From positions 1 through 37,462 of the forward strand of contig JAUWIR010000001.1 of the NCBI GenBank assembly GCA_030605265.1: DNA of 37,462 bases, given 5' to 3'. The position numbers and the translations under genes were made by a program. Source of the DNA: Pseudomonadota bacterium (lineage in GTDB: Bacteria > SZUA-182 > DTGQ01). The notes below the pieces were generated by a model. It was not told where the DNA came from and made no database searches. It saw only the letters and a list, made by a program, of their open reading frames with translations. Below, piece after piece: positions 34,751-37,462 of this stretch (the stretch's first letter is position 1; the number at the start of each line of letters is the position of its first letter).

Positions 34751-35539
34751 TCAACAATACTTCTTTTTAAATCCGATAATGCCAATGATCCCCAAGCCAA
34801 GAAGAAACAAAGCACTTGGCTCTGGAACAGGAGAAGTAGTAGCGCCATCCTTTTCAAAATCCCAATAGTATAGGTCATCAGAATAATCTGAAGTACCAAA
34901 GGGATCATACAAGGAACACCAATAATCAGTAGTGGAGAAAGAGAAACTTTTCGGCACTTCCATTAACTCAGATGAATGCATAATTATTTCTCCTGTGCCG
35001 CCCACAGGGATGGCTGATCCTGTCTGGATATCAGCATCAGATCCAGTCCACCCATAATATTCACCGCGCCAAATATTGTTTAAAACTGTATCTGGTGAAA
35101 GTAAAGGTTGCCAAGAAGTCCCATCCCAGTATTCAGCGTAATTTTGGGATAAACAATCATTAACAGAGACTATATAGCAGCCCGGCTCTCCATTTGGACC
35201 TTCCAGAAGATTAGTTGTCAGGGGAAAACTATCCTCATCATAAACGGGATTTCCCCAATAATCAGTGAATGCTTCAGGGAAAAAACCCAGTACATCTAAA
35301 CCATCGACCCAGCCAAAATTAACAATTATATCATCTGCGTGTAAATCCGCCGGGAACCATATTGCCCATGTCCAGATTGGTAAAGTTTCATTATTATGAA
35401 TAGTATAGGTATAAGTCCAATCTCCACTGCTTCCAGTTATTTCTTCAGTCACCATACTTGTAGCATACGCATTTTGGAAAGTTAAAATTATTACAACCAA
35501 AAGGACAAATATGAAAATTGATCTTACTAGCTCTTTCAT
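34751..35539 (-). CDS. PEP-CTERM sorting-domain secreted protein (exosortase substrate)
   Basis: Signal peptide MKELVRSIFIFVLLVVIILTFQNAYA. The C-terminus SPVPEPSALFLLGLGIIGIIGFKKKYC has VPEP, a TM helix and a basic tail. Confidence 0.9.
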   Translation of the reverse strand: MKELVRSIFIFVLLVVIILTFQNAYATSMVTEEITGSSGDWTYTYTIHNNETLPIWTWAIWFPADLHADDIIVNFGWVDGLDVLGFFPEAFTDYWGNPVYDEDSFPLTTNLLEGPNGEPGCYIVSVNDCLSQNYAEYWDGTSWQPLLSPDTVLNNIWRGEYYGWTGSDADIQTGSAIPVGGTGEIIMHSSELMEVPKSFSFSTTDYWCSLYDPFGTSDYSDDLYYWDFEKDGATTSPVPEPSALFLLGLGIIGIIGFKKKYC

Positions 35540-35546
35540 TATGATT

Positions 35547-35580
35547 CCTTCTCCTTATTCCTTATTCCTTATTCCTTAGG
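35547..35580 (-). promoter_or_regulatory. five tandem AAGG(A) Shine-Dalgarno-like units (heptamer AAGGAAT repeats) in the leader of the PEP-CTERM gene
   Basis: The minus strand reads CCTAAGGAATAAGGAATAAGGAATAAGGAGAAGGAATCATA-ATG. Confidence 0.6.
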
Positions 35581-35711
35581 ATAAGCTTTTAAGATAATTT
35601 TTTTGTGTAAGCTGTTTCCCAATATCCTGAAAATAAATAGGCTTTGGGTCGGCAATTTTAAAATTTTTTTCTCAAAAGCTATAGTAAGATATATTTTTGT
35701 TATAGTCATGT

Positions 35712-35727
35712 AGCATTTTTTATACCA
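35712..35727 (-). promoter_or_regulatory. weaker sigma-54-type promoter candidate for the PEP-CTERM gene
   Basis: The minus strand reads CTGGTATAAAAAATGCT. GG and GC are at the consensus 12-nt register. The site is about 175 nt upstream of the ATG at 35539. Confidence 0.25.
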
Positions 35728-35949
35728 GTTTTTAACCAGTTAAGATAAGGAGGCTCTTCTGTTATAAAAGCTTTTGAAAAATATATGCAGGATGCATTAA
35801 AAGTTATTTGTGTTATGAAAAAACTGAGAGAAGAGGCTGGAATATTATAGTTCTCTTTTTGAAGTTATTTTTCTGAAAAACTATAGATGAAAGGGAACAT
35901 TAAGATGGAGAGCAAGAAATTTTTCTCGAATAAAAATTTAAAACTTCAG

Positions 35950-37134
35950 TTACCCAGCCAAACGGGCCCAGAGGACTGCCTCCTTTGTGGCGCTGCAGCC
36001 ATGGCATCCCATACACCCTGCATTATTGGGTGATATATTGTCAATGGAATTTCTTACTAAAATCTCCCCCAGCTCTTGATACAATTGCAAAACAGTATCT
36101 TCTTTTCCTATATAGGAGGGGGAATAATCCCCCAGACCGGGAGCTCCCACCCGGAGCAAAAGAATTGAGGTTAGCACACCAATCCGGGCTGCTCTTTCAA
36201 TCCCTTTTACGGTCACCTCAAGGTCTTCATCAAATCCGATGATGTCGGTTGTAAATACTTTCCCCCGGCCAAAACAGGAAACCGCCATTTCCCAACTTTT
36301 CATATATTCCTCAGGAGAAAAGGCTTGGGCTTTTCCGGGACAGACCATTTGGCGAACATTTTCATCAAAAGATTCTAAAAATATCCCAATAGTATCAGCA
36401 ACCTGACTTAACTCTTTTAAGAGGGTCTGATCGAAAATAGGCTCTATTTGAACATGAATTGATAAATTTGTTTTTTCTTTTAAAAAGGAAGCAAAGGATA
36501 ACAGCTCTTTCCCTGTTTTTTCAGGAGTATCAATGGTCCCGCTGGTTAAGGTAATTGAGCGGATAGAATTGTTGGTAAGGGCTAATTTTAAAAATTTCAA
36601 ATTCATTTTATCAGGTAAGCGTTTGGGAAGATGAAACTTATCGACTAATAATGAAGTAGTGCAAAATTTACACCCTTGATTCTGCTCCAGATGCTTACAC
36701 CCCCGATATAAACACATAGAATAGGTCTGATAAGGATGAAGCTTGGCTTTTACTATTCTGGCGGTTTTTCGGTCAAACCACCCTCCATGCCAATTAAAGG
36801 GCGCTTCCTCTAAAAAAAGGCCATCATCAGTAAACACTATTTTTCTCTTTTTTGGGTCCTCATCAGATTGTTCTTCTGTCCACCATTTCGCAGGTATTGC
36901 ATGTTCAGCCAGATAATGGTCTTTGGGATAAATAACCAGACTGATCTGGCTCTTATAATTCCCGGGTTCCTCCCCTATATAGCAGTTTACTCCCTGCGGA
37001 CCGGCCCCCCCTTGGATGGATTGAAGATGAATCACTGGAACAGATTCATCTTCAAGGACTATTCCTCTAGAAAGTAGCTTAATCCGATCTTTCAGATTTT
37101 TTAATGCCTTCTCTTTATTATTTTTGGCTTTCAA
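35950..37134 (-). CDS. radical-SAM-like Fe-S enzyme with a non-canonical Cys motif
   Basis: CKHLEQNQGCKFC (Cx8CxxC) sits where a TIM-barrel rSAM cluster loop would be. It is followed by alternating beta/alpha-like segments and a C-terminal CMGCHGC. TTG start with AAGGGA upstream. Confidence 0.45.
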   Translation of the reverse strand: MKAKNNKEKALKNLKDRIKLLSRGIVLEDESVPVIHLQSIQGGAGPQGVNCYIGEEPGNYKSQISLVIYPKDHYLAEHAIPAKWWTEEQSDEDPKKRKIVFTDDGLFLEEAPFNWHGGWFDRKTARIVKAKLHPYQTYSMCLYRGCKHLEQNQGCKFCTTSLLVDKFHLPKRLPDKMNLKFLKLALTNNSIRSITLTSGTIDTPEKTGKELLSFASFLKEKTNLSIHVQIEPIFDQTLLKELSQVADTIGIFLESFDENVRQMVCPGKAQAFSPEEYMKSWEMAVSCFGRGKVFTTDIIGFDEDLEVTVKGIERAARIGVLTSILLLRVGAPGLGDYSPSYIGKEDTVLQLYQELGEILVRNSIDNISPNNAGCMGCHGCSATKEAVLWARLAG

Positions 37135-37156
37135 AACTGTTCCCTTTCTTGTAAGT

Positions 37157-37208
37157 GTTCACAGGTTCAGGGTTCACTGAGTTCACAGTTCAAGGTTCAA
37201 AGTTCAAA
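37157..37208 (+). repeat. array of seven tandem GTTCA(A/C)R heptamer-like units, followed by scattered complementary TGAAC words up to about 37318
   Basis: GTTCA starts at 37157, 37165, 37172, 37181, 37188, 37195 and 37202. The palindrome GTTCAAGTGAAC lies at 37228-37239. TGAAC occurs again at 37284 and 37313. Confidence 0.75.
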
Positions 37209-37462
37209 GTTACCTTTGTTTCATTGAGTTCAAGTGAACATGTAAACTTTTGGACTTTAGTCTTGGGAACCATAAGCCCTAAATGAACCCTAACCCTTTG
37301 CACTCTGAATCCTGAACGGTTACAAAATTTTTTAGTGGATAACTACTTCTCGGCAATTATAAAAATTATTTGTATTGAAAAAAATTCCTCTACTCTAACT
37401 ATTTTTCATTCACAACTTTTTTCTATCAATAGATTTTTTAATACTACCGATATTTATTCTGA

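Noticed and set aside
34343-34908. Track ORFs 34343-34528 and 34711-34908, and 26947-27141 elsewhere.
   Set aside because: They are read out of repeat or palindrome DNA or AT-rich spacer, or overlap the PEP-CTERM gene out of frame. Their composition is not protein-like.
35566-35708. 47-aa minus-strand ORF (MTITKIYLTIAFEKK...) in the leader of the PEP-CTERM gene.
   Set aside because: It has no SD and no motif, and lies in an AT-rich leader. It is probably non-coding.
1-37462. Cyanobacterial origin, suggested by the heptamer repeats and the PEP-CTERM protein.
   Set aside because: I saw no HIP1 (GCGATCGC) palindromes, and the heptamer words differ from the known STRR units. Taxonomy cannot be assigned from this window alone.

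Overview
This is an AT-rich bacterial window, transcribed almost entirely on the minus strand. It is essentially one large Wzx/Wzy-type exopolysaccharide (EPS) locus of the PEP-CTERM kind.

In transcription order (high to low coordinates) it holds:
- an atypical radical-SAM-like gene (35950-37134)
- a PEP-CTERM sorting-signal protein (34751-35539)
- the priming sugar transferase (32630-34042)
- a Wza-like exporter, a Wzz-like co-polymerase and a separate BY tyrosine kinase (28542-32398)
- a GH43-like propeller protein
- three SAM methyltransferases, a Wzx flippase and two Wzy/O-antigen-ligase-family proteins
- a CapK/PaaK-like adenylating enzyme and four glycosyltransferases
- two cytoplasmic heparinase II/III-like proteins and an AlgD-like GDP-mannose 6-dehydrogenase

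Main hunt results:
1. A RiPP-like module sits at 498-6508. It comprises a PqqD-family protein, a radical SAM/SPASM enzyme, an HPr-kinase-like kinase, a PF14907-type nucleotidyltransferase and a SipW-like peptidase. It also contains an unannotated 54-aa ORF (2305-2469) whose leader and core are laid out like a lasso-peptide precursor. No lasso cyclase or B2 protease is in the window.
2. The BY kinase carries a ~180-aa insertion. It has a DUF4388-like segment followed by two tandem 24-residue motifs joined by a 5-residue spacer, the layout of the c-di-GMP-binding MshEN domain.
3. The intergenic DNA holds a family of short 'word' repeats: octamer or heptamer arrays, word-built hairpins and a dispersed ~80-bp element. 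Two copies of that element supply the ends of coding regions.

Other points:
- Two sigma-54-type promoter candidates precede the sugar transferase and the PEP-CTERM gene.
- At least five genes look degraded: a hydrogenase protease, a Gfo/Idh/MocA oxidoreductase, a sulfotransferase, a CapA-like gene, and possibly a remnant at 20100-20474.
- No rRNA, tRNA, CRISPR array, transposase or exosortase gene was seen.
- All family calls come from motifs read by eye and from memory of the families. None was checked by search.
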